Counted from the stretch's first letter, positions 10,422-19,740 are shown. The stretch is 64,000 nucleotides of DNA from an uncultured Acidobacteriota bacterium (GCA_963827655.1 CAWHCF010000023.1:96001-160000), one strand, 5' to 3'. The notes: generated from the sequence alone by a model not told the origin. Numbers and translations are program-made.

Positions 10422-11419
10422 CGCGCGTTCTGCTGGTGGAAACCGCGTCTCCGAAGCGGGTCCGGGCGACTGCCGAAGCGATCCTGGCGGGAAATACCTA
10501 CTCGGACCCTCAGATCACGATTCTCTGCAGTTCCGATCCGAGGACGATTGAATATTTTCAGGAAATACCGGGCATTCAGGTGACCACCCTGAAAACAAGA
10601 GAAGGTGGGCGTGCCCGGGACGAGCTGGGTGAGCAGAAGTTTGATGTCATGCGCATCTTCTGGACCGGAGAAAAGAAATACCGCCGCCTAAAAATACGCG
10701 CCCTCACGATCCCTGCGGCTCACATCGATGTCGATAGCGGTGACGGCAGTGTCTTTCGCCTCACCTGGAGAGCCTTGCTCCGCTTCTGGTTGTTTCGTCT
10801 GCAGCATCCGCTGCCATCCGACCACTACACCTTCGTACCGCCGCGCGCCGAGGTCGAGCAAGAAGTCTATTACCAGGGCGAAAAGATCCTGATCGTCGAG
10901 TCTGCCGAACCTCCGTACATACTCAGGGCCCTCGAGCATCTGAGCGAGCGGCACCTTTTTCGAAATCCACGGTACACTCTCTTTTGCCGCAACCGGCCCG
11001 ACGTTGTGGGCAGGCTGCAGACTCACCCGATGATATCCGAGGTCCGCACGCACACGGAGACCCAGGGAAGCTGGGAACACCTGAAGCATCTAAGGAAAGA
11101 GCGATTCGACGGCGTGGTCGTCTTTTTCACTGGCGATCCGAGCTACTGGAAGATAAAGTATTTTGTCTTTCTGCTCGGAGCACGCCACAAGGTAATCTTC
11201 AACGAGAACAACGATTGTTTCTTCTTCGCTTGGAGTGAGTGGCTGGCTTTGCTCGCCCACAGGCTGGGCGAAAGATCGCGCCATGGATCGGGTCCGCGCT
11301 GGCTCTACCAGGCGCGCCTTATGCTCTTTCTTTCGATCAAGTGCCTGCTGTTTCCGTTCCGCTTCGTTTGGCTCCTGCTGGTGTGGGTCAGGCTAAGAAG
11401 ATTGACGATTTACGATTGA
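10418..11419 (+). CDS. Hypothetical protein with two tandem copies of a Rossmann-like (GT9 N-terminal-like) domain and a hydrophobic C-terminus
   Basis: ATGA overlap with the upstream gene. Internal similarity: RVLLVETASP/KILIVESAEP and QKFDVMRIFWTGEKKY/ERFDGVVVFFTGDPSY. Confidence 0.75.
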   Translation: MTRVLLVETASPKRVRATAEAILAGNTYSDPQITILCSSDPRTIEYFQEIPGIQVTTLKTREGGRARDELGEQKFDVMRIFWTGEKKYRRLKIRALTIPAAHIDVDSGDGSVFRLTWRALLRFWLFRLQHPLPSDHYTFVPPRAEVEQEVYYQGEKILIVESAEPPYILRALEHLSERHLFRNPRYTLFCRNRPDVVGRLQTHPMISEVRTHTETQGSWEHLKHLRKERFDGVVVFFTGDPSYWKIKYFVFLLGARHKVIFNENNDCFFFAWSEWLALLAHRLGERSRHGSGPRWLYQARLMLFLSIKCLLFPFRFVWLLLVWVRLRRLTIYD

Positions 11420-11556
11420 CGATTGACGATTGAAAATGAACATTGGGAGATGGCAGGACAGATGCTGGCATTCAATGAAGGCGCGCAAACCATGACGCGC
11501 GATTTCAATCGTCAATCGTCACAATCGTACAATCGTCAATCGTAAATCGTAAATCG
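11400..11556. repeat. Inverted heptamer-array element; internal sequence related to the 51747-51935 palindrome
   Basis: attgacgatttacgattgacgattgacgattg + aatgaacattgggagatggcaggacagatgctggca ... caatcgtcaatcgtaaatcgtaaatcg. Confidence 0.9.
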
Positions 11557-11558
11557 AT

Positions 11559-12695
11559 ATGTTTGTCCACTACGACTGCCGATATTTTCTTGGATACAAA
11601 CCTTGCATCTTCCGCAGGGAGTGCGACGGGTGTCCGCACTATGCTCCTTTTGGGACCAGGATCCTGATCATCAAGCTCGCGGCCATGGGAGATGTAATTC
11701 GCACTACTCCCTTGTTGCGCGGTTTGAGGAAGACCCACCCCGATAGCCATATCACCTGGCTCACCGAAGCCAACGTCTTGCCGGTGCTCCAGGGAATTGC
11801 TGAAATTGACCGGCTGCTCCCGTATACGTTCGAGAATGTTCTCCAACTGGAAAACGAGACCTTCGACCAGCTTTATTGCTTCGACAAGGAGCCCAAAGCG
11901 ACCGGGCTGGCCATGAAAATTCAAGCCGGACGCAAAATCGGCTTCGGCCTGAGCCGGTGGGGTAATGTCATGCCCCTCAACAAGGAATCGGAATACACTT
12001 TCCATCTAGGGATCAACGACCCGCTCAAATTTCGCCTCAACACCAAGACCTACCCTGAGCTTATCTTTGAATGCGCGGGCTTGGAATACGACTCCTTGCA
12101 GGAATACATTCTCCCCGATTTCTCCGCGGAAGCCGCGGCGGCCTGCGACTATTTGCGCGGCCAGGGTGTCCGGCCCCAGGATTTCACAATCGGGCTCAAT
12201 ACGGGAGCCGGCGATGTCTTCGCCACCAAGAAATGGACTGAAGAAGGCTATGCGCAGCTGGCCGATCGGCTGGTTGAGGAGCTCGGCGCCAGGGTGCTTC
12301 TCTTGGGCGGGCCGGGCGAGGTGGAACGCAACGCGCGGATTATGCAGGCTGCCCGCCACCCTCTGGTTGCTACCGGAACCGACAATCCCATCCGGACCTT
12401 CGCGGGAATCGTGGGTAATTGTGACCTGATGGTGACGGGAGACACCCTCGCCCTGCACATCGCCATAGGGCTCAAAGTGCCGGTCGTGGTCATCCTGGGA
12501 CCCACATGCCACCAGGAGATCGAGCTGTATGGACGCGGGGCCAAGATTGTTTCCGATTTTGAGTGCAGTCCCTGCTACCTCAGTGTCTGTCCCAAGGAAA
12601 TCACCTGCATGGAAGCGACCCCCGCCGACCTGGTTTTCGATACGGTGAAATCCGTCGCGCGTTCAGCCAAGCTGGCGCAGATTCCCGGAGCCTAG
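11559..12695 (+). CDS. Glycosyltransferase family 9 (ADP-heptose:LPS heptosyltransferase-like) with Cys-rich termini
   Basis: RILIIKLAAMGDVIRTTP, HITWLT, KKWTEEGY and VTGDTLALHIA; Cys clusters CRYF..KPC..ECDGC and CSPCY..CP...CM. Confidence 0.88.
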   Translation: MFVHYDCRYFLGYKPCIFRRECDGCPHYAPFGTRILIIKLAAMGDVIRTTPLLRGLRKTHPDSHITWLTEANVLPVLQGIAEIDRLLPYTFENVLQLENETFDQLYCFDKEPKATGLAMKIQAGRKIGFGLSRWGNVMPLNKESEYTFHLGINDPLKFRLNTKTYPELIFECAGLEYDSLQEYILPDFSAEAAAACDYLRGQGVRPQDFTIGLNTGAGDVFATKKWTEEGYAQLADRLVEELGARVLLLGGPGEVERNARIMQAARHPLVATGTDNPIRTFAGIVGNCDLMVTGDTLALHIAIGLKVPVVVILGPTCHQEIELYGRGAKIVSDFECSPCYLSVCPKEITCMEATPADLVFDTVKSVARSAKLAQIPGA

Positions 12696-12756
12696 AAAGT
12701 CCCTCCCGGCATCTGAGCGCGGAGTCAGTGACGCCGCGAGGCCCGACGACCTCTTG

Positions 12757-12788
12757 ATGTGTCCACATGAGTCCATAATGTAGCTACA
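12757..12788 (+). promoter_or_regulatory. Two palindromic operator-like sites upstream of the antitoxin gene
   Basis: ATGTGTCCACAT (12757-12768) and TGTAGCTACA (12779-12788), about 21 bp apart, flank CATAAT just before the RBS AAGGAG. Confidence 0.55.
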
Positions 12789-12802
12789 AAGGAGAAGGCC
12801 CC

Positions 12803-13072
12803 ATGACCTCGGTTGGTATCAGAGAATTAAAGAATCATCTTAGCGCATTTCTGAATCGAGTGCGGTCCGGAGAGCGACTCGAAGTTACCGACCGTGGCCG
12901 CGCGATAGCCATCATCTCACCACCGGCAAAGACGGAAGCCGACCAGAGGATCCAGGCTATGCTCGTGGACGGTGTCGTTCGATGGCAAGGCGGTAAGCCC
13001 AAAGGCACGAAACGTCCACCGAGGATCAAGGGGGAATCGGTGGCTCAGGCCGTGATTGAGGGAAGGCGTTGA
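12803..13072 (+). CDS. Type II antitoxin, Phd/YefM family
   Basis: MTSVGIRELKNHLSAFLNRVRSGERLEVTDRGRAIA is the Phd N-terminal signature; strong RBS. Confidence 0.9.
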   Translation: MTSVGIRELKNHLSAFLNRVRSGERLEVTDRGRAIAIISPPAKTEADQRIQAMLVDGVVRWQGGKPKGTKRPPRIKGESVAQAVIEGRR

Positions 13073-13194
13073 TGCTCTACCTGGACACGAGTGTGCTGGT
13101 AAAGATCTGTAGTGGAATTGCTTTTGTAGCGTCTGGGCTGCCTTTGCTCGCCGACGCCGAAAATCGCCGGCGGATCGCGACAGTCCGGGCTTAG
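13072..13194 (+). pseudogene. vapC: Truncated VapC/PIN toxin remnant
   Basis: TGATG-coupled ATG reads MLYLDTSVLVKI (PIN N-terminus with the first catalytic Asp), then unrelated sequence and TAG after 40 codons. Confidence 0.75.
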
Positions 13195-13322
13195 TAGTCG
13201 ATAGCGATTGGGAACACTCTACCTGTGGGATCACGGACTCGTCTAATCCGTGCGGATGGTTTTGCTTTCTGCTAGCGTCTTAGCGGTGGGCGCGCACAAA
13301 GAAGTGAACCTAACAATCTTTT

Positions 13323-14006
13323 TCAGTCGACGAAGCGGTACTTCAAGATGAAGTAGATCGCCGCAACTCCATCCTTCCACCCGATCTTCTTCCCTTCGAA
13401 ATAATCACGCCCACTGTAGGAGATCGGGACTTCATAGACGCGGCAACGGGCCTTCGCGATCTTGGCCGTGAATTCTGGTTCAAACCCGAAGCGGTCTTCC
13501 CGAAGCTTGATCTCTTTCAGAACACTGGCACGGAATACTTTGTAGCAGGTCTCCATGTCGGTCAGGTTCAAGTCCGTCATCATGTTCGACAGCGTCGTGA
13601 GCATCTTGTTGCCCAGGTAATGCCAAAAGAGAAGGACACGGTGCGGACCACTCAAAAAACGGGATCCATACACAACATCGGCCTTGTTGGCCAGGATCGG
13701 CTGGACCAGAACGGGATACTCCGCCGGATCGTACTCGAGATCGGCATCCTGGATGACAACGATGTCTCCCGTTACTGATTCGAAGCCGGCCCGCAGCGCG
13801 GCTCCTTTCCCCATATTGCGCGCTTGAAGAACGACCTTCAGGTCGTCGGCGGAACCAAGCTCCTGAAGGATTTCGCGGGTGCCATCCGTCGAAAAGTCGT
13901 CCACAATGATGATCTCTTTGGGAAGGTTTACCGCGCGGACACGTTCTAGAATTTCGCGAACAGTAGCCTTTTCGTTGTAAACCGGAATCACGACGGATAG
14001 TTTCAC
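13323..14006 (-). CDS. Glycosyltransferase family 2 (polyprenol-phosphate glycosyltransferase, DPM1-like)
   Basis: [37 protein letters not shown] and FGFEPE. Confidence 0.92.
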   Translation of the reverse strand: MKLSVVIPVYNEKATVREILERVRAVNLPKEIIIVDDFSTDGTREILQELGSADDLKVVLQARNMGKGAALRAGFESVTGDIVVIQDADLEYDPAEYPVLVQPILANKADVVYGSRFLSGPHRVLLFWHYLGNKMLTTLSNMMTDLNLTDMETCYKVFRASVLKEIKLREDRFGFEPEFTAKIAKARCRVYEVPISYSGRDYFEGKKIGWKDGVAAIYFILKYRFVD

Positions 14007-14061
14007 GGGTCGGTTACACTCGGCTGTTCAATTCGAGCAGGTGGCTTCGTGACCCTTCGGC

Positions 14062-14964
14062 TTATTCCTGGGATCGCCCCAAGGCGGCGCGCTCCGCATT
14101 CACGGCGGCGCCTATAATCCCGATTTCGTCGCTGGTCGAGACGATTTCGAAAAGGCTTCCCTGCAAGGGACTCATTTTGACCATTTCTCCAAGGTAGATA
14201 TTGAGCCATCCGAGGTCGACATAACAGGCATTCGGCCCCGAGATGAAGAACTTGCCGGGGCCCTCCAGATGGATGCTGGTGGCGGTGGCCGCTGCCAGGG
14301 CGCGATGCCAGAACTTCAGGAACGTCACGCAGCGGCCATCTCCCCTTCTGGCATTCTCAAACACTTCTTCCGGTTCGAGATCCAGAAAACGAAGCCGGAT
14401 CCCGCGGTGTCCCATAATCCCCTCGAGGTGCCCCACACCACCACAAGCACAGAAGTTCTCCTTGGGATCGAGCGTCACGACGGTATGTCCTCCCTCCCAG
14501 ACGCCCTCTACCGCCGGGTAGCGTCCATAGCCGATCCCTTCGCCCAAGGTCCAAACCCTGATCATCCTGTGGAGCTGTCCTTGGGTGGCTGCAATGCCGG
14601 CGGCCATGACATCGGCGTCGTTAAAAACCAGCACTGGAACAGCATCCCGGTCACGCCGCAGCCCGGACGCGAGCGCCGCCTGCAGATTGAACCCTTTGAC
14701 CTGCTGAAGGTTCGGGGATTCCTCTATGACACCTTCGCGGGTGATCCCCGGAAACCCGACCCCGACAGCACGGATCTTTTTTCCTTTGATTACCTCCTCG
14801 ATCTGGCGCCGGATACCCTCGCTGATAGTCTCGGCCGGGAGTCCCTGCAGGGATCTCACCTCCGGTCCCGATCCCGGATAGATGCGAGGAGCGCCGACCA
14901 GCTGGTTGTTTTCGACCAGCCCGACGGCAACATGTTCCGCTGCCAGTACTCCGACCGTTGCCAT
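14062..14964 (-). CDS. ROK family protein (sugar kinase-like)
   Basis: VGVGFPG, FNDADVMA, TLGEGIGYG, EGGH and Zn motif CACGGVGHLE. Start taken at ATG 14964. Confidence 0.85.
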   Translation of the reverse strand: MATVGVLAAEHVAVGLVENNQLVGAPRIYPGSGPEVRSLQGLPAETISEGIRRQIEEVIKGKKIRAVGVGFPGITREGVIEESPNLQQVKGFNLQAALASGLRRDRDAVPVLVFNDADVMAAGIAATQGQLHRMIRVWTLGEGIGYGRYPAVEGVWEGGHTVVTLDPKENFCACGGVGHLEGIMGHRGIRLRFLDLEPEEVFENARRGDGRCVTFLKFWHRALAAATATSIHLEGPGKFFISGPNACYVDLGWLNIYLGEMVKMSPLQGSLFEIVSTSDEIGIIGAAVNAERAALGRSQE

Positions 14965-15013
14965 ATTCTCTACACACTCCACTACGCAAGAGAGAAGAGT
15001 CTTGTGAAGCTCC

Positions 15014-16402
15014 CTAGTATCGAGCCACCTTGTTGAGACCATTGAAAGCGGCGGCCTTGTAACATTCCGCCAGTGTCGGGTAGTTAAATACCGTATTGAC
15101 GAAATACTCGACCGTCCCGCCCAGGATCAAGACTGCCTGGCCGATATGAAGAATCTCCGAGGCGCCTTCCCCGATGATATGCACACCGAGGAGCGCTTTG
15201 GTCTCGCGATGGAAAATCAGCTTGAGGCGCCCGGTCGTATCACCGCGAATCTGCCCGCGCGCTATCTCGCGATAGTAAGCAATACCTACCTCGTAAGGAA
15301 CGTCCTCTTCGGTGAGTTGTTCCTCGGTCTTTCCTATGAAGGAAATCTCGGGGATGGTGTAAATGCCGTAGGGATAGTTCGCTGGATTGGAATGAACCAT
15401 CAGGCCGAGAGCGTTCGCGGCCGCAATCCGTCCCTGTTCCATGGATACGGACGCCAGGCTGGGAAAACCAATCACGTCGCCGGCGGCGAAAACATGGGGC
15501 TGGGACGTATGGTAATCCTTGTCAACGGAGATGCGGCCCCGTGAGTCAGATTCGATTCCAGCAGCCTCGAGATTCAGATCGTCGACATTCCCTTGCCGGC
15601 CTACAGCATAGAGTAACGCATCGGCAGTAATCTTCTTCTTGCTTTCCAGGTTCGCTACTACCAGTCCTTCCGGGGTCTCTTCCACGCTCTGGACTTCCTC
15701 GTTAAGGCGCAACGTGACCCGGCTGTCGCGTAAATGGTAAGAAAGCGCTTCGACGATTTCGGCGTCGGCAAACTCGAGTAATCGCGGCCGTTTCTCAACC
15801 AGGATGACGCGCACTCCCAGGGTGGCAAACATGCAGGTGTATTCCACCCCGACGACTCCGCCCCCCACGACGATGAAGGTCCTGGGTATATTGGGCATCT
15901 GCAGAATCTGGTCGCTGTTGATAATCGTCCGCTGATTGAATGGAACCTTGGGCGAATCCGCGGGCCGGGTCCCGGTGGCGATGACTATGAAAGAAGCTTC
16001 GTAGTCCGACTGTCCGCGCGAATTCTGAACCCGGATATGGTGGGGATCCAGAAAACTGGCGGCCCCCGTCACCACTTCGATTCCATTGCGCGCAAGCTGA
16101 GCCTGGGTCACGTCCGTTTCCGTCTTGATTACATGCTGAACCCTGAAGGCCAGGTCCGCAATCGTGATCTTATCCTTGACGCGATAATTGACACCGTAAA
16201 TGTTTTGATAGTAGTAGCCGGAGAGATGAAGTACCGCCTCACGCATCGTCTTGCTCGGAATAGTGCCCGTGTTGATGCATGCCCCGCCGATTACTTCCCG
16301 CTTCTCAATCAGGGCGACGCGCTTGCCGCACTTCGCGGCCTGGATGCCGGCACGCTGGCCGGCAGGTCCGGAACCGATCACGATGACATCGTAGGTTTGC
16401 AT
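15014..16402 (-). CDS. sthA: Soluble pyridine nucleotide transhydrogenase
   Basis: GSGPAG; GGACINTGTIPSK (single Cys, CxxxxT); GIYTIPEIS; C-terminal FNYPTLAECYK. Confidence 0.92.
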   Translation of the reverse strand: MQTYDVIVIGSGPAGQRAGIQAAKCGKRVALIEKREVIGGACINTGTIPSKTMREAVLHLSGYYYQNIYGVNYRVKDKITIADLAFRVQHVIKTETDVTQAQLARNGIEVVTGAASFLDPHHIRVQNSRGQSDYEASFIVIATGTRPADSPKVPFNQRTIINSDQILQMPNIPRTFIVVGGGVVGVEYTCMFATLGVRVILVEKRPRLLEFADAEIVEALSYHLRDSRVTLRLNEEVQSVEETPEGLVVANLESKKKITADALLYAVGRQGNVDDLNLEAAGIESDSRGRISVDKDYHTSQPHVFAAGDVIGFPSLASVSMEQGRIAAANALGLMVHSNPANYPYGIYTIPEISFIGKTEEQLTEEDVPYEVGIAYYREIARGQIRGDTTGRLKLIFHRETKALLGVHIIGEGASEILHIGQAVLILGGTVEYFVNTVFNYPTLAECYKAAAFNGLNKVARY

Positions 16403-16489
16403 GTTCGATGAGTCATCACAGCTCGCGGTTTCGCTGCGCCTTCCGGCCCGATCATACTTCACCCCTTTTCCCTTCTCAAGTCAGCCTCT

Positions 16490-16553
16490 CGATTGACGAT
16501 TTACGATTGACGATTAGGTTCAATCGTCAATCGACAATCGTCAATCGTAAATT
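16490..16553. repeat. Short inverted heptamer-array element between divergent sthA and GT2 genes
   Basis: gattgacgatttacgattgacgatt-aggtt-caatcgtcaatcgacaatcgtcaatcgtaaatt. Confidence 0.9.
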
Positions 16554-16560
16554 CTATAAT
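16531..16560 (+). promoter_or_regulatory. Sigma70-like promoter TCGACA-N18-TATAAT, possibly giving a leaderless transcript
   Basis: -35 at 16531-16536 inside the repeat arm, TATAAT at 16555-16560, ATG 7 nt later, and no RBS. Confidence 0.5.
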
Positions 16561-16567
16561 CGGTCCG

Positions 16568-17611
16568 ATGGTTTCAATGCGCGCGACCCCTTCGGTCTCG
16601 GTCGTGATCCCCAACTATAACGGCGCTGCCTTTCTGGAAACGTGCCTTGCATCCCTTGCGCGCCAGACCTGCTCGCCGCTCGAGATTTTACTGGTCGACA
16701 ACGCTTCGCAGGATGATTCTCTAGAAATCACCCGGCGCGTGATTCCATCGGCGGTAATTCTGGGACAAAAGCAAAACCTCGGTTTCGCTGCCGCGGTAAA
16801 CGCCGGCATCAGGGCAGCGCGCGGGGAATGGATAGCGGTCCTGAACAACGATACGGAAGTTTCGGATGGCTGGCTGGAGACCGCGGCAGCCGCACTCGAC
16901 CGGCATCCCGAGGCTGCGTTTGTCGCCTGCCGCATCATGGAGTTTGAGGATCGCAATCGTCTTTACAGCGCGGGAGATTGCTTCCTGCGAACAGGCATTG
17001 GATACCGCCGGGGACAGGAGCAGCGCGATGCGCCGATGTATCGAGAGGAGATCGAAATTTTCTCGGCCGGCGGTTGCGCGGCCCTTTACCGGAAGTCGGT
17101 GCTGGACGAGTTACAAGGCTTCGACGGAAAGCTGTTCGCCTACCTGGAAGATGTCGATCTCGGACTGCGACTTCAAGCCGCGGGCTACCGCGGCTACTAT
17201 GCGCCGCAGTCGGCGGTTTTTCATCGAGGTGGCGGAACCAGCGGAGGAGAGATCTCGCCTCTTGCCGTGCGCCTCCGGACGCGCAACTCTATTCTCCTGC
17301 TCATGCAGAGCCTGCCGGCACGAATCTTGTGGCGCTGCCTGCCGATGATTCTCGTGGGGCAAGCTTCATGGCTTGTCCGCGTCGCTAAGTGGGGCCGACT
17401 GGGCAGCTACCTGCGAGGGCTTGCCGGCGTTGTTCCTCTGATACCGGCAGCGATGAAGCACAGGAGCAGGATTCGACCCGCATGGAAGGCTGCCCCGGGA
17501 CGGCTGTGGAAAGCCATCCTCCAGTCCGAAACGCTGGCCCGGAAGGATTTCCCCAGAAATGGGAGCGAGCCAAGGTCGACCTTTCTGACCTGGTATTTTC
17601 GCTGGTTCTGA
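16568..17611 (+). CDS. Glycosyltransferase family 2 (WbbL/rhamnosyltransferase-like)
   Basis: SVVIPNYNG, VDNASQD, VLNNDT and FAYLEDVDLGLR. Confidence 0.9.
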   Translation: MVSMRATPSVSVVIPNYNGAAFLETCLASLARQTCSPLEILLVDNASQDDSLEITRRVIPSAVILGQKQNLGFAAAVNAGIRAARGEWIAVLNNDTEVSDGWLETAAAALDRHPEAAFVACRIMEFEDRNRLYSAGDCFLRTGIGYRRGQEQRDAPMYREEIEIFSAGGCAALYRKSVLDELQGFDGKLFAYLEDVDLGLRLQAAGYRGYYAPQSAVFHRGGGTSGGEISPLAVRLRTRNSILLLMQSLPARILWRCLPMILVGQASWLVRVAKWGRLGSYLRGLAGVVPLIPAAMKHRSRIRPAWKAAPGRLWKAILQSETLARKDFPRNGSEPRSTFLTWYFRWF

Positions 17612-17620
17612 ACGCGGTCT

Positions 17621-18574
17621 TTGCGCCTTGTGGTTGATCCTGTGATCTCTATTGTAATCGTAAACTGGAACTCCGCCTTCTTCCTGGAAAAATGCGTTCG
17701 GTCGCTGATGGCGCATGCGCCCGGATGCGAACTCGTGGTTGTGGATAACGCCTCCAGCGATTCCAGTCTGGACTTTGCCGCAAAACTCGACGCCGTCGAC
17801 ATTCTGAAGAATAACGAAAACCTTGGCTACGCCGCGGCTGGTAACCAGGGATGGCGCCACAGCCGGGGCGACCACGTGCTCTTCCTCAATCCGGATACGG
17901 AAGCCAAGCCTGGCGCCGTGGACCGGCTTGCGCGGGCGCTGACGGCCGACCCGGCCCGGTGGGCATCCGCGGGCAAGCTCATCGATTCTTCCGGTGCAAC
18001 CCAGGTCGGCTTCAATATCCGCTCTTTTCCAACCGCCGCCAGCGTCGCCGCCGACATGTTAATGCTCGATGAAATCTGGCCCGCCAATCCCTGGACCTGC
18101 CGCTATCGGATGTCGCATGCGGATCACGATGCGCCCAAGGAAGTCGATCAGCCGGCTGCCGCATGCCTCATGGTTCGGCGAGCCGCGCTGGAGCGTCTGG
18201 GCGGTTTTGACGAAAGCTACCGCCCCGCCTGGTTCGAAGATGTCGACCTGTGCCGGCGCATCTGGAGTCTCGGAGGCCGGATCGTTTTTGAGCCGGGAGC
18301 CGAGTTCGTTCACTACGGCGGATCGAGTCTGCGCCGCCTGACACCTCGAGAGTTCTTGCTGTACTTCCACACCAACCAGCTCCGCTACTTCTATAAGCAC
18401 CATGGCGATGCCTATGGCATGCGGATCCGGAGGCTCGTGATTGCGGGAATGTACCTTCGCAGCGTCGCGTCGCTGCTGCTCCCCTTGCTGCCGCATTCGA
18501 CCAGGGCCTCGTCGGCAACAACGTTCTGGCACGCTGCCCGGCATTTCGCGCTCAACCGCGAGGCGGGCCGATGA
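17621..18574 (+). CDS. Glycosyltransferase family 2 (WbbL-like)
   Basis: SIVIVNWNS, VDNASSD, FLNPDT and WFEDVDLCRR. Confidence 0.9.
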   Translation: MRLVVDPVISIVIVNWNSAFFLEKCVRSLMAHAPGCELVVVDNASSDSSLDFAAKLDAVDILKNNENLGYAAAGNQGWRHSRGDHVLFLNPDTEAKPGAVDRLARALTADPARWASAGKLIDSSGATQVGFNIRSFPTAASVAADMLMLDEIWPANPWTCRYRMSHADHDAPKEVDQPAAACLMVRRAALERLGGFDESYRPAWFEDVDLCRRIWSLGGRIVFEPGAEFVHYGGSSLRRLTPREFLLYFHTNQLRYFYKHHGDAYGMRIRRLVIAGMYLRSVASLLLPLLPHSTRASSATTFWHAARHFALNREAGR

Positions 18575-19569
18575 GCCCTCGGGTGCTCGTCAGCATCGTC
18601 ACCTATAACTCCGGCCCCTACCTGGACGCGTGTGTTCAGAGTCTCAAGGCTCAGACCTTTCCCGATTTTGTCGTTTCCGTATGGGATAACGCGTCCGATG
18701 ACGAGTCAATGGAGCTGATCGCACAGCACGCCGATTTTTTTCTTGCCACGCACTTCTCCAACACCAACATCGGCTTTTGCGCGGCCCACAACCGCGTCCT
18801 GGCCTCCTTGACCACCGACTATGTGTTGGTCTTGAACCCCGATGTCGTGCTGGATCCCCGGTTCATTGAAACGCTGGTTCAAGCGCTGGACCAGGACCCG
18901 ACGGCCGGTTCGGCTAGCGGGAAACTATGGCGCATGAATTCCCCCAATCCAGGGGAACCGATTCTGGACTCCACCGGAATCTACTTCACGCCCAATCAGC
19001 GCCACTTCGATCGAGGCTCCGGAGACAGGGATGTCGGGCAGTACGAGACTCGCGAGTATGTGTTCGGGGTCTCGGGCGCGGCGGCGTTTTATCGACGCTC
19101 CATGCTCGAGGAAATCCGGGCGGGCGGGGAATATTTCGATGAAGCATTCTTTGCCTATCGCGAAGATGCCGACCTGGCCTGGCGCGCCCAATGGCTGGGC
19201 TGGCGTTGCCTCTATGTGCCGGAGGCGCGCGGCTTTCACGCCCGGCGGGTTTTACCCGAGCGGCGCGCTTCCCTTCCCGGCGCGATTAACATGCATTCCT
19301 TCAAGAACCGGTTTCTCATGCGGGTCAAGAACATGGATGCCGGGACTTACTGCCGCTTCTTCATCCCGATCACGCTGCGGGACCTCATGGCCCTGCTTTA
19401 CGTTTTGGGACTCGAATGGACCTCTCTGCCGGGCATCACGCTTTTCTTTCGCGCTCTCCCGCGCGCCTGGGCGATCCGGCGCGCCCTTCGGCGCCACCGT
19501 CGCGTGGCCCCAGCCGACCTCCGCTCATGGTTCTCACGCAAGCCGGTCGCGCGCCCTGTTTCTCAATAG
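18571..19569 (+). CDS. Glycosyltransferase family 2
   Basis: VSIVTYNS, DNASDD, VLNPDV and FAYREDADLAWR; ATGA overlap with the upstream gene. Confidence 0.9.
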   Translation: MSPRVLVSIVTYNSGPYLDACVQSLKAQTFPDFVVSVWDNASDDESMELIAQHADFFLATHFSNTNIGFCAAHNRVLASLTTDYVLVLNPDVVLDPRFIETLVQALDQDPTAGSASGKLWRMNSPNPGEPILDSTGIYFTPNQRHFDRGSGDRDVGQYETREYVFGVSGAAAFYRRSMLEEIRAGGEYFDEAFFAYREDADLAWRAQWLGWRCLYVPEARGFHARRVLPERRASLPGAINMHSFKNRFLMRVKNMDAGTYCRFFIPITLRDLMALLYVLGLEWTSLPGITLFFRALPRAWAIRRALRRHRRVAPADLRSWFSRKPVARPVSQ

Positions 19570-19740
19570 CGTCTTTGAACAACAAGAGAAAAACATCTTG
19601 TTTTCCGGCAAGATTTTCCACAAGCAGAGAGCAAAAGCATCTGCACGAATTTCACCGAGCCAACTGATTCGTGAAATTCGTGGAATCCGTGGCGAGTATT
19701 TGGTGTGGCCAATAGCGTCTTTGCGGTTGGTTTTTCCGGG

